A stretch of DNA of 31,423 nucleotides from a virus (IMGVR_UViG_3300049141_000034:1-31423), one strand, 5' to 3'; shown: positions 18,860 to 26,667, numbered from the stretch's first letter. Program-made: numbers and translations. Notes: generated by a model from the letters alone, not told the origin.

Positions 18860-19461
18860 TGGCCGGTACCGATTCCTACGGTCAGGGCGTCGTTGTTGCC
18901 GCCCTGTCTGACGCGCCTAACGCGGAGGTACTCGCACGGAACCTGGCCGACGCGATCGTCCAGCTGACCGTCATGCGGTTCAACTCCGCGTCCGCCCGGG
19001 CGGCCACCATCACCTCTCCGCTTGAGGGCATGACGACGTGGCTGAAGGACACCAATCTGCTGTACACCTACGACGGCACGCAGTGGGTGGCGCAGCCGTC
19101 GCTCATCATGGACTGGACGCCCCTGTCGTCACTGGGCTCCTATGCGGGCGGTTTCTCCGCATCGACGCCGCCCCCGCGCATGCGCAAGTTGAGCGTGCTG
19201 GGCACGGAGGTGTGGGAGTACGAGGGCGCCATCGCCATCAGCTCCCTCGCCCCCAACGCGACCACGACCATGTTCACGTTCAACTCCGCCTACCGGCCGG
19301 TGACCGGCCGCACCTTCGCCACCGGCAGCAGCGGCCACTACGCAGCCCGCATCACCATCGCCTCATCCGGGACCCTCACCGTCTCCGTCCCCCTCGAAGC
19401 CGGCTCCGGCGTCGGCAAAGTCTGGCTCGACGGCATGCGCATCACCAACCCGGCCGCCTGA
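18859..19461 (+). CDS. Minor tail / fiber-like protein
   Basis: ATG overlaps upstream TGA after AGGAGG; RFNSASARAA...EGM..WL.DT..LYTYDGTQW motif; AYRP.T beta domain. Confidence 0.65.
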   Translation: MAGTDSYGQGVVVAALSDAPNAEVLARNLADAIVQLTVMRFNSASARAATITSPLEGMTTWLKDTNLLYTYDGTQWVAQPSLIMDWTPLSSLGSYAGGFSASTPPPRMRKLSVLGTEVWEYEGAIAISSLAPNATTTMFTFNSAYRPVTGRTFATGSSGHYAARITIASSGTLTVSVPLEAGSGVGKVWLDGMRITNPAA

Positions 19462-19482
19462 CCCGCCGCACAACCCGCCCGC

Positions 19483-19503
19483 GCCCCGGACCGGGGCCTT
19501 TTT
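19483..19503 (+). terminator. Intrinsic terminator-like hairpin after the tail genes
   Basis: GCCCCG-GAC-CGGGGC followed by CTTTTT. Confidence 0.55.
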
Positions 19504-19522
19504 CATGCCCCGAGGAGGGCAC

Positions 19523-20494
19523 ATGGCCTGGTGCCCGTTCGCCACGAGATACGAGCTGCAGCCCGAGAGCGACAGCCAGCCCGCGATCCGACCGACGCAG
19601 TTCATCGTCCACAGCATCATCGCCCCGTGGACTGCCAAGCGGACCTACGAGTACTGGCGCGACAGCACCAGCCTGGAATCGCACTTCGGCCTCGGCTACG
19701 CCGGAGACCTCGGCCAGTTCATCGGCACCGAGACGCGAGCGGACGCCAACGCGGGAGCCAACCGGCGCACCGACGGAACCGGCGCCGTCTCCTGCGAGAC
19801 CGCCTCCAACACCAAGGGCACCGACCCGTGGACGCCCGAGCAGGTCGAGATGCTCATCCGGCTCGGGGTGTGGCTGCATCAACGGCACGGCATCCCGCTG
19901 CGGATCTGCCGCACTCACGACGACCCAGGCTTCGGCTACCACCGGCTGTTCCCGCAGTGGTCGACGTCTGGCACCAGCTGCCCCGGCGACGTCCGGGTCC
20001 GCCAGTTCCGAGAGGTCGTGTTCCCGGGCATCGTCGCCCGTGCGGCCGGCGCTGCTCCGCCGCAGACCACCCCCAGCCCGACCGCTCCAGCGCCCGCTCA
20101 GGAGACCGACATGCCCAGCGTCCTCAACGAGGCCAACCCGATCGACGTTGAGCTCACCAGTGCGTGGCTGCCGCTGGCCTTCAAAGACGAGGGCGCCCTG
20201 CTCGCCGGCCCGGTCCCGGCCCTGAACCTGACCGTGCACCTGTACTTCGACACGGCGACCAGCCCGGACACGAAGGTGCAGGGCGTGTTCTACCTGACCA
20301 ACGCCGACGGCAGCAGCCCGTCGAACTCCCTGGTCATCGACAAGCGGGGCGGCGGCGGCCACCAGTTCACCCACAGCCAGCCGATCCCGGCGGGCAAGAA
20401 GCTGTGGTTCCAGGTCCGGGCCATCAGTCCTGACGGCAAGCCGGTCAAGCTCCTCCACCGTGTCGCCTCCGGCCCCTACTGGACCGCGTCGTGA
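19523..20494 (+). CDS. Endolysin, N-acetylmuramoyl-L-alanine amidase (Amidase_2-like) plus C-terminal domain
   Basis: GAGGAGG RBS; IVHS, ESHF, ADAN, GYHR and SCPG Zn-amidase motifs; Pro/Thr linker. Confidence 0.88.
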   Translation: MAWCPFATRYELQPESDSQPAIRPTQFIVHSIIAPWTAKRTYEYWRDSTSLESHFGLGYAGDLGQFIGTETRADANAGANRRTDGTGAVSCETASNTKGTDPWTPEQVEMLIRLGVWLHQRHGIPLRICRTHDDPGFGYHRLFPQWSTSGTSCPGDVRVRQFREVVFPGIVARAAGAAPPQTTPSPTAPAPAQETDMPSVLNEANPIDVELTSAWLPLAFKDEGALLAGPVPALNLTVHLYFDTATSPDTKVQGVFYLTNADGSSPSNSLVIDKRGGGGHQFTHSQPIPAGKKLWFQVRAISPDGKPVKLLHRVASGPYWTAS

Positions 20495-20688
20495 CGCTGT
20501 CCCCAAAGCGCGCCGCCGTCCTGCACTACGCCCTCGCCGCCACGTGGGCGCTGCTGCTCATCCCCACGCTGCTGTTCTGGAAGAACAGCGTCCTCTGGGT
20601 GGCCGCGATGAGTTTGTACGCAAATCTCGTCGGCCATCTGTCCGCGGCCAAAGCCAGCCGCGCCGAACAGGAAGCAGAGAAGCAATGA
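20491..20688 (+). CDS. Small membrane protein in lysis cassette
   Basis: 65 aa, two hydrophobic segments, overlaps both neighbours. Confidence 0.6.
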   Translation: MTLSPKRAAVLHYALAATWALLLIPTLLFWKNSVLWVAAMSLYANLVGHLSAAKASRAEQEAEKQ

Positions 20689-21032
20689 GAATCTTCGGCC
20701 GTGAGCCCGCGCTCATCATCGCCACGATCAGCGCAGCCCTGTCGCTGCTGGTCACCTTCCAGTTCGGTCTGTCTGCCGAGCAGGCTGGCGCGATCGTCGC
20801 CGTCATTTCCGCCGTGTTCGCCGCGGCCACGGCCGCGGTCACCCGGCCCATCGCACCCTCGGCGTTCACCGGTCTCGTCGCCGCGGTAGCCGCGCTCCTC
20901 GCCGCCTACGGGCTGGAGCTCGGGCCGGAGAAGATCGGCGCCCTCAACGCGGTCGTGCTCGCCGGGCTCGCCCTGCTGACCCGTGGCCAGGTGTCCCCGA
21001 CCAACCCGCCTGCCGGTCCGCGGGGCCTCTGA
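20685..21032 (+). CDS. Holin
   Basis: MRIFGREPAL start, four hydrophobic segments, RGQVSP C-terminal motif typical of actinophage holins. Confidence 0.75.
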   Translation: MRIFGREPALIIATISAALSLLVTFQFGLSAEQAGAIVAVISAVFAAATAAVTRPIAPSAFTGLVAAVAALLAAYGLELGPEKIGALNAVVLAGLALLTRGQVSPTNPPAGPRGL

Positions 21033-21044
21033 CAGGAGTAGCAC

Positions 21045-21395
21045 GTGCCCGACGAGCTGAGCGTCGGCGAACTCGGGCGCGCGGTCGCGGCTTTGCGCCA
21101 GGAGGTCCAGGCGATGGGGCAGGGCATCAACGCCCGCCTCGACAAGGTCGTCTCGACCGAGGTGTACACCCTCCAGTCCGCCTATACCGACCAGCGCATC
21201 AACCAGCTGGGCCAGGAACTCCAGAAGGCCAAGGACGCCAACGAGGCGCTGGAGAGCGCCTTTGAGCAGTACCAGCGCGATGAGCGGGACCGCCGTGAGC
21301 GTGAGCGGCAGGCCCGCCTGTACCAACTCATCGTGCCTGTGCTGCTGGGCCTGCTGTCGGTGGCTGTCGCAATCTGGGCGGTGGTGGCGAAGTGA
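21045..21395 (+). CDS. Coiled-coil protein with C-terminal membrane anchor (lysis cassette)
   Basis: AGGAG RBS; SVGELGR N-terminus, coiled coil, terminal TM helix. Confidence 0.65.
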   Translation: MPDELSVGELGRAVAALRQEVQAMGQGINARLDKVVSTEVYTLQSAYTDQRINQLGQELQKAKDANEALESAFEQYQRDERDRRERERQARLYQLIVPVLLGLLSVAVAIWAVVAK

Positions 21396-22090
21396 CAGGC
21401 CTCCGCAAGAAGCGCCGCACGCTCCGCCTGCCGCGCGCCGAGTGGCTGGTCGGCCTGACCGCCTTGTTCGTCGTCGCGTTCCTGGGCTGGCTCGCCATCC
21501 AGGTCGTGCTGCTGTCGCACGACCTGCGCACCGCCAACCATGCCCGGGACGCCCTGGCCACCCAGGTGGAGCGCCTCGGCGGCACTCCGGTCGCCGGCCC
21601 GCCCGGCTCGCGGGGGGAACCGGGCGCTTCGGTGACCGGACCACCCGGGCCGCAGGGAGAGCCGGGCCCGTCAGGTGCACCTGGCCCCAGCGGGTCGCCA
21701 GGTAAGCCTGGCCGCGACGGAGACGACGGAGCGGATGGCACTTCGGCGACCGGGGCCCCGGGCGAACAGGGCCCGGCCGGAAGCCCCGGCGCCAACGGCG
21801 AAGCCGGACCGCCCGGACCAACCGGCCCGCAAGGGGAGGCGGGCCCCGCCGGACCACCCGGACCAGCCGGGCCGCAGGGCGAGCGCGGAGAGCAGGGCCC
21901 CGCAGGACCGGCAGGACCGGCACCCTCGAGCTGGACGTTCGAGTACCGGGGCGCAACCTACACCTGCACCCCGGACGGTGACGGCTCCACCAGCTACACC
22001 TGCCGCCAGACCGGCGGGGAGAACCCCGGGCCCGATGTGCCGGAGCCGCTCGCCGCGGGACTCGACCCGAGCCGCCGCCAATACCCGTAG
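21392..22090 (+). CDS. Membrane-anchored collagen-like (Gly-X-Y) protein
   Basis: N-terminal TM helix, long GPPG/GPQG/GEPG run, C-terminal YTC...YTC pair. Confidence 0.8.
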   Translation: MTGLRKKRRTLRLPRAEWLVGLTALFVVAFLGWLAIQVVLLSHDLRTANHARDALATQVERLGGTPVAGPPGSRGEPGASVTGPPGPQGEPGPSGAPGPSGSPGKPGRDGDDGADGTSATGAPGEQGPAGSPGANGEAGPPGPTGPQGEAGPAGPPGPAGPQGERGEQGPAGPAGPAPSSWTFEYRGATYTCTPDGDGSTSYTCRQTGGENPGPDVPEPLAAGLDPSRRQYP

Positions 22091-22099
22091 GAGTGCCAT

Positions 22100-22408
22100 A
22101 TGCCGGATCCGCGCCCAGTGGAGCCGCGCCGCATGAAGGGTGCCGCCGACGTCGACAGTCTCGTCGCCCTCGGCATGGAGGAAACCCCTCCCACGCCGAC
22201 GGCCGCCGCGCCGCCTGTGGTGGAGGCACCTCCCGCGCCGCCCCCGGCGCCAGACCCGGCAGACGAGGCCACCCTGCACAGCGCGCTCGCCGAGGCCGGA
22301 GTCAGCGTCGAGGCCGCCGACACCGCGGCGGTGCGGGTGCTCGCCGCGCTCGACAGTGAGACCGTCGAAGCTGTCGCACGCTGGGTGAAGAGCAAGAAGG
22401 TGAAGTGA
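22100..22408 (+). CDS. Hypothetical Pro/Ala-rich protein
   Basis: AGGAG RBS; continues the operon. Confidence 0.55.
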   Translation: MPDPRPVEPRRMKGAADVDSLVALGMEETPPTPTAAAPPVVEAPPAPPPAPDPADEATLHSALAEAGVSVEAADTAAVRVLAALDSETVEAVARWVKSKKVK

Positions 22409-22503
22409 TGGAAGAAGACCCCGACGACGAACCGCCGCTGTGGCTCAGCCCGTGGCCGTTCCGTGAACCGCCGCCCATGCCACCCGTCGACGACGAAGAC
22501 TGA
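22408..22503 (+). CDS. Small acidic peptide MEEDPDDEPPLWLSPWPFREPPPMPPVDDED
   Basis: ATG overlaps upstream TGA (TGATG); ends just before the terminator; too short for the ORF track. Confidence 0.45.
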   Translation: MEEDPDDEPPLWLSPWPFREPPPMPPVDDED

Positions 22504-22506
22504 CAA

Positions 22507-22539
22507 CGCCCCGCCCCTGCTTCGTGCAGGGGCGGGGCG
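22507..22539. terminator. Bidirectional terminator ending the late operon
   Basis: CGCCCCGCCCCTGC-TTCGT-GCAGGGGCGGGGCG, 14-bp stem between convergent genes. Confidence 0.8.
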
Positions 22540-22555
22540 CTTCGTCGTACCTGGG

Positions 22556-23179
22556 TCAGCCCGTGATGTCACCCTCGAACTCAGGGAAGTCCAGGCTGAA
22601 GTCCTCGCTCATACGCTGCACCGTCACCACGATCTTCTTCCCGTATCCGGTCTCCAGCGTGTTGTCGTGGTTCTTCACCACGGTCACGCCCGAGGCGAGC
22701 CGGCCTTCGAGTGGCTCCGACCCCTTGGAGAAGATGGTGGCCGCCGCCTCGCCACCCTTCGTGGCGCCCTCGACGATGAGCGACAGGTCGTCCAGGGCGA
22801 CTGGCGCCTTCGCCGTGTTCTGGATTTTCAGGCTGATCCGGAAGTCCGTCATGCCGGGCTCCGCCGACTCGAGTAGCTCCTTGTCGTAGTCGGTGAACCG
22901 CTTCGCGTCGACGACGGTGACCTTCAGCCCGTCGGGCCACGTGTACGTCTCGCCGAACTTCAGGCCCGTCGTCTTGGCGCCGTCGTCCTCGCTCGGCTCG
23001 TTGGCGCACTTCTCCATGTACTCGGCCTGGCTGAGCGTCCGGCTTGTGCAGTCGACGCTCTCGGACGCGGCTAGCGTCGGCTTCGTCTCGGCGGTCGCCT
23101 CGTCTTTGCCGCTACCGCCGCATGCTGTGAGCGCGGCGAGGAGCAGGGCGGCGGTGGCCGCAGTGGTGCGGATGCGCAT
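22556..23179 (-). CDS. Secreted lipoprotein (DUF4352-like Ig fold)
   Basis: Signal peptide with lipobox LTAC; LKFGETYTWPDGLKVTV and ISLKIQN motifs. Confidence 0.75.
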   Translation of the reverse strand: MRIRTTAATAALLLAALTACGGSGKDEATAETKPTLAASESVDCTSRTLSQAEYMEKCANEPSEDDGAKTTGLKFGETYTWPDGLKVTVVDAKRFTDYDKELLESAEPGMTDFRISLKIQNTAKAPVALDDLSLIVEGATKGGEAAATIFSKGSEPLEGRLASGVTVVKNHDNTLETGYGKKIVVTVQRMSEDFSLDFPEFEGDITG

Positions 23180-23276
23180 GTGTCCCCCACAGGTTGAACG
23201 TCCAAGCACCGTAGAGCACACGCGCCCACCGGGTGACCATCCGTCACCGAGCCGTGACACGACGGGGGACGCCCAG

Positions 23277-23304
23277 GCTCTCGATAACATGCCATATCGC
23301 GGGC
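23277..23304. other. Candidate tyrosine-recombinase core site
   Basis: GCTCTCGATA-ACATGCCA-TATCGCGGGC: 8/10 inverted arms around an asymmetric 8-bp spacer. Confidence 0.35.
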
Positions 23305-23305
23305 G

Positions 23306-23593
23306 TTATTTGGGCTGATTGTCCGACTCTCCGTCGGCCCGCTTGCCGGTGGTCCGCCCCTCGGCGATCTGCTGAGCGCGCGCCCTGCTGATGCCGAGTT
23401 CGGCGGCAACCTGCGCATGACTGAGCCCGTCGTCGCGCATCTCCTGGACGGCGCTATGCCGGATCTCGCGCAGCCATTTCTGAAGCTCGGGGATCGCCTG
23501 CAAGGCGGTGCTGACGTCCTTCGCTCGACGGGTCGCGTCACCTTGCTCGGCGAGGTGCTTCAGGTTCTCGAAGGGGCTCGGCGGTGTGGTCAT
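23306..23593 (-). CDS. Small HTH regulator (sigma-70 region 4-like), probably leaderless
   Basis: GLSHAQVAAELGISRARAQQI HTH; -10-like TACACT 6 nt upstream of ATG on the minus strand. Confidence 0.75.
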   Translation of the reverse strand: MTTPPSPFENLKHLAEQGDATRRAKDVSTALQAIPELQKWLREIRHSAVQEMRDDGLSHAQVAAELGISRARAQQIAEGRTTGKRADGESDNQPK

Positions 23594-23614
23594 GGAATCA
23601 GTGTAGGGGGAGGG

Positions 23615-23644
23615 TTGACATGTCGTAAGGGGTCCCCTTACATT
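23615..23644 (+). promoter_or_regulatory. Housekeeping-sigma promoter with overlapping palindromic operator
   Basis: TTGACA-N18-TACATT; palindrome GTAAGGGG-T-CCCCTTAC at 23625-23641. Confidence 0.75.
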
Positions 23645-23650
23645 GGATGT

Positions 23651-23894
23651 GTCGGGGGAACCCGGCAACAACTCCACAGAGAGCGGACACTCCGAGGAGC
23701 AGCTACGGAGGGGAACGGGCCGGGGCAACCCGGTACATGACCTCCAACCGAAAACCGCGTCAGGCGGAATAAGGGCTGCGAACGCGTTGGGCTTAGACCT
23801 ATCGACGGGGTCAGACCCCGGCTGTAAATGGCGAAGTACCCGAGGCCTTCCCGCGAGGATGGACGGACGACTCGGTACCCCCGCTCTCTGTGGA
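23651..23894 (+). ncRNA. Candidate structured ncRNA or long structured leader
   Basis: Perfect 14-bp closing stem 23673-23686/23881-23894; several hairpins including GNRA loops; directly downstream of the promoter; no credible ORF. Confidence 0.55.
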
Positions 23895-23923
23895 ACCACG
23901 ACAAGGCCAGCAGAGGGGGCGAG

Positions 23924-24316
23924 ATGTCGACCACGTACACGGTGAAGTGCCGCCGGTGCAACGGGACCGGCGTCTGGACCGGATGGACCCCTGCCGGGCG
24001 CGGTGGTGAGTGCTTCGGCTGCGACGGGACCGGACTCAAGGTCATCACCCGCTACACGGCAGCCGAGAAGGCCGCGATCCAGGAGCGCACGCAGCGCCGC
24101 TCTCGCTCCCTGAAGCTCATCAGCGCCCGCGCCCGCGAACTGGGCACTGCCGCCAAGGACCCCGAGCTGATGTGGGACGCGGAGTACGGCTTCGCGGCTC
24201 TCGAGAGCAGGGAGCCGGAGCGGTTCGGCGCGATGCTCTCTGCCCTCGAATCTGGCCGCCTCGACGACGTCATCCGCGCGCTGGCTGACTACTACCGCAA
24301 CCCCAAGGGGAGCTGA
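23924..24316 (+). CDS. Protein with DnaJ-type zinc-finger motifs
   Basis: GAGGGGG RBS; CRRCNGTG...CFGCDGTG. Confidence 0.7.
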   Translation: MSTTYTVKCRRCNGTGVWTGWTPAGRGGECFGCDGTGLKVITRYTAAEKAAIQERTQRRSRSLKLISARARELGTAAKDPELMWDAEYGFAALESREPERFGAMLSALESGRLDDVIRALADYYRNPKGS

Positions 24317-24318
24317 CC

Positions 24319-24540
24319 ATGGCCGCCAAGAAGCGCACCCTCCGCCGCGACAGCCTCAAGTTCGGCTACGTCACCAGCGACGGCCGCTACGAGATCACAC
24401 CCCTCTACGGCTTGAGTATCCGAGGTGGATCCGTTAGCCGCCCCACCGGGTGGCGCCTGAAGGACCGCCAGGGCGAGTACGAGAACCGCTACGAACTGTC
24501 CCTCTCCCGCATTCGCGAGATCCTCAAGGAGCGCCCGTGA
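24319..24540 (+). CDS. Hypothetical protein
   Basis: GGGGAG RBS; operon continuity. Confidence 0.6.
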   Translation: MAAKKRTLRRDSLKFGYVTSDGRYEITPLYGLSIRGGSVSRPTGWRLKDRQGEYENRYELSLSRIREILKERP

Positions 24541-24749
24541 CCAGCAAGCGCCGCTACTACGTCGACTTCGAGCACGGCTCCCTGCCGATGATCCTGCCCG
24601 TCGAACCCGGCGACGAGGACTACGAGTACGCCGAAACCACCCTCGCTGCCGCAAAGAAGAAGGCCATCAAAAGCATGCGGGACAAGATCGGCAGTCTGCG
24701 CGAGGCCATCAAGGACGTGCGTCAGTCCCGCGCCGCGGACTTCAACTGA
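24537..24749 (+). CDS. Hypothetical protein
   Basis: AAGGAG RBS, GTGA overlap; ends before a hairpin. Confidence 0.6.
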   Translation: MTSKRRYYVDFEHGSLPMILPVEPGDEDYEYAETTLAAAKKKAIKSMRDKIGSLREAIKDVRQSRAADFN

Positions 24750-24762
24750 TGGCTCCCAAAGT

Positions 24763-24801
24763 GGCGATGCCCCGCCTGAGGAAAGCAGGCGGGGCATCGC
24801 C
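24763..24801 (+). terminator. Terminator-like hairpin
   Basis: GGCGATGCCCCGCCTG / CAGGCGGGGCATCGCC, 16-bp perfect stem. Confidence 0.7.
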
Positions 24802-24837
24802 CGTACCGTACCTGAACGAACAGCCATGGAGGACATC

Positions 24838-24993
24838 GTGAACCAGCCCCAGAACGACCTGCCCGACTGCGACCGCTGCGACGACACCCAGCTGGACCAC
24901 GACGCCTACATTCCCCACGAGACCGAGCACGGTACCGCCTACCGGCACGCGCCCTGCCGCGACTGCCAGCCCGAGGTGGAGGAGTCGGCGTGA
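24838..24993 (+). CDS. Small CxxC-CxxC zinc-binding protein (51 aa)
   Basis: GGAGG RBS and GTG; CDRC...CRDC; its stop overlaps the recombinase start (GTGA). Confidence 0.6.
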   Translation: MNQPQNDLPDCDRCDDTQLDHDAYIPHETEHGTAYRHAPCRDCQPEVEESA

Positions 24994-26009
24994 CCGACCT
25001 CGTCCCCCACCAGCCGGACGCCACCCCCGCCGTCTACGACGCTGCGACGCTCGCCGTCCTCGCCGCCATGGAAGAGGCAGCCGAGAAGCACCTCGACGCC
25101 ATCCGCCCCCACAACACGAAGCGCGGCTACGCCAACGACTGGGCACTGTGGGAGGAGTTCCACGACTGGCTCGCTGAGCGGACAGGCAGCCGCCTGCCGT
25201 CGACCGCCGTCACCCGGGGAACGCTCGTCGGGTTCGTCGTCTGGCTCGACACCATCAAGCTCGCCGCGCCCAACAGCATCGACCGCAGGATCACCGGCGT
25301 CACCGTCACCGCTCGCAACGAACACGGCGCTGAAGTCCCCAAGGCCGCCACCGTCGCAGCACGACAAGCCCTCAAGCCACTGAAGAACGACCCCGAACGC
25401 ATGGCGCGCGGGCGAGGCAAGGCAGCAGCCGTCACCCCCGAACAGCTCCGCCAGATGAACGCCGCCGTCGCCGACGGACTCACCGGACTCCGCGACCGCG
25501 CCCTCTGGCTCATGGCCTTCGCCATTGCCGGACGCTCCGCCGAAGTCGCCGCCCTGCGTGCCGACACCATCGTCCACGTCAGCCAGGGCCTCGAAGTCCA
25601 CGTCCCTGCCGTCAAGGGGAGGCCGCCCCGGGACGTCGTCGTTGGCTACGGCCGCAACCCCGACACCTGCCCCGTCCGCGCCTGGCTCACCTGGCGCGCC
25701 GCCGCAGGCATCACCAGCGGACCCGCCTTCCTACCCATCACCGTCCACGGCCGCCTCGGCGACCACGCCCTCTCCCCGGAAGCCGTCCGCGAGATCATCG
25801 CCCGCAACGCCGAACGCGCCGGACTCTCCGTCCGCCTCACCGGGCACAGCATGCGGGCCGGCTTCATCACGACCTCTCGCCGGGCTGGGAAGCGTGAGGA
25901 GAAGATCCGCGAACAGTCCGGCCACGCCGAGAACAGCCCAGCCTTCTGGGGCTACATCCGCGAAGCCGACAAGTGGACCGACGCCGCCAGCGAGGACATC
26001 GGCCTGTAG
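24990..26009 (+). CDS. Cre-like tyrosine recombinase (second recombinase)
   Basis: NTKRGY..DW N-domain; RDRAL...GRSAEV, VKG, GHSMRAG, SGH and GY catalytic set; no evident arm-binding domain. Confidence 0.88.
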   Translation: MTDLVPHQPDATPAVYDAATLAVLAAMEEAAEKHLDAIRPHNTKRGYANDWALWEEFHDWLAERTGSRLPSTAVTRGTLVGFVVWLDTIKLAAPNSIDRRITGVTVTARNEHGAEVPKAATVAARQALKPLKNDPERMARGRGKAAAVTPEQLRQMNAAVADGLTGLRDRALWLMAFAIAGRSAEVAALRADTIVHVSQGLEVHVPAVKGRPPRDVVVGYGRNPDTCPVRAWLTWRAAAGITSGPAFLPITVHGRLGDHALSPEAVREIIARNAERAGLSVRLTGHSMRAGFITTSRRAGKREEKIREQSGHAENSPAFWGYIREADKWTDAASEDIGL

Positions 26010-26207
26010 CCACCCGCCGCAACTTCCCGTGGCCGATACCTATCGCTGTGGCTGGTTGTGGTGCATGGTGTTCGCACGGGTTCCGCTTCACCCCCGGGTG
26101 GTTCCCTCTCGGGCCCTGCCGTTCGCTGCGAGCGGTAGGGCCCGCCGCTCCTCCCGGCTCCCCACGGGAGGCTCTGCGGCTGCCCGCGTCCCGGCTTGCC
26201 CCAGAAT

Positions 26208-26223
26208 TCGAACACGCGCTCTA
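26208..26223 (+). promoter_or_regulatory. Degenerate actinobacterial SOS box
   Basis: TCGAAC-ACGC-GCTCTA versus consensus TCGAAC-N4-GTTCGA; immediately upstream of the mini-LexA gene. Confidence 0.45.
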
Positions 26224-26231
26224 CTGGGGGC

Positions 26232-26456
26232 ATGGCAAGACCTCGCACCGAGCACCTCACCCCAACCCAGGAACGCATCCTCGCCTACATCCGGCAGTCC
26301 ATCGCCGACCGCGGCGAGGCACCCACCCTCGAGGAGATCGGCGCCGAGATGGGCCTGGGCAGTCGCAGCGCGGTGCACTACCAGCTGGAGCAGATGCAGC
26401 GGAAGGGCGCCATCACCCGCCAGCCGCACCGGTCGCGCGGGATCCGGCTCGCATGA
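26232..26456 (+). CDS. LexA N-terminal DNA-binding-domain-only protein
   Basis: LTPTQERILAYI...RGEAPTLEEIG..GL.S.SAVHYQL..M..KG.I.R.P..SRGI; no peptidase domain. Confidence 0.8.
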   Translation: MARPRTEHLTPTQERILAYIRQSIADRGEAPTLEEIGAEMGLGSRSAVHYQLEQMQRKGAITRQPHRSRGIRLA

Positions 26457-26647
26457 ACCCCGCCCGCTACCACCTCACCCTCGCCTCGGCCGGCCGCCCG
26501 ACCATGCACGGTTGGTGGGCGTCAGAGAAGACAGCGCGCGACAAGCTCACCGACTGGATTGGCCTCAGCAAGGGGCCCGGCGCCCGCGTCACCCTCGTCG
26601 ACGAGGAGACCGGCACCGTGCTGACGACCTGGCCGGAAGAGTCGTGA
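26453..26647 (+). CDS. Hypothetical protein
   Basis: ATGA overlap; RYHLTL...MHGWW...ARVTLVDEETG..L.TWP. Confidence 0.6.
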   Translation: MNPARYHLTLASAGRPTMHGWWASEKTARDKLTDWIGLSKGPGARVTLVDEETGTVLTTWPEES

Positions 26648-26667
26648 CCGTCTGCCATGCTGGCGCG

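Noticed and set aside
21590-21925. Repetitive GC-rich DNA resembling a repeat array
   Set aside because: Explained by Gly-X-Y collagen codons; no constant repeat-spacer structure, so not CRISPR
513-22229. Many long antisense or alternate-frame ORFs (e.g. 513-2213, 11227-13632, 15666-18023, 20526-22229)
   Set aside because: Shadows of high-GC coding genes; Arg/Pro/Gly-rich with no motifs and fully overlapping well-supported phage genes
23673-23894. Retron msr-msd, HDV-like ribozyme, tRNA or tmRNA identity for the structured RNA
   Set aside because: No reverse transcriptase in the window; the HDV P1/P3 nesting could not be completed despite GCGAA motifs; no cloverleaf or tmRNA ends
23643-23945. 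ORFs 23643-23945 (+), 23638-24048 (-) and upstream extensions of the 23306 and 23828 ORFs
   Set aside because: No RBS, atypical composition, overlap with the promoter and structured region; better starts exist at 23593 and 23924
26033-26050. CGATA-CC-TATCG as a second lox-like site
   Set aside because: Spacer is only 2 bp and the flanking arms do not match 23277-23304
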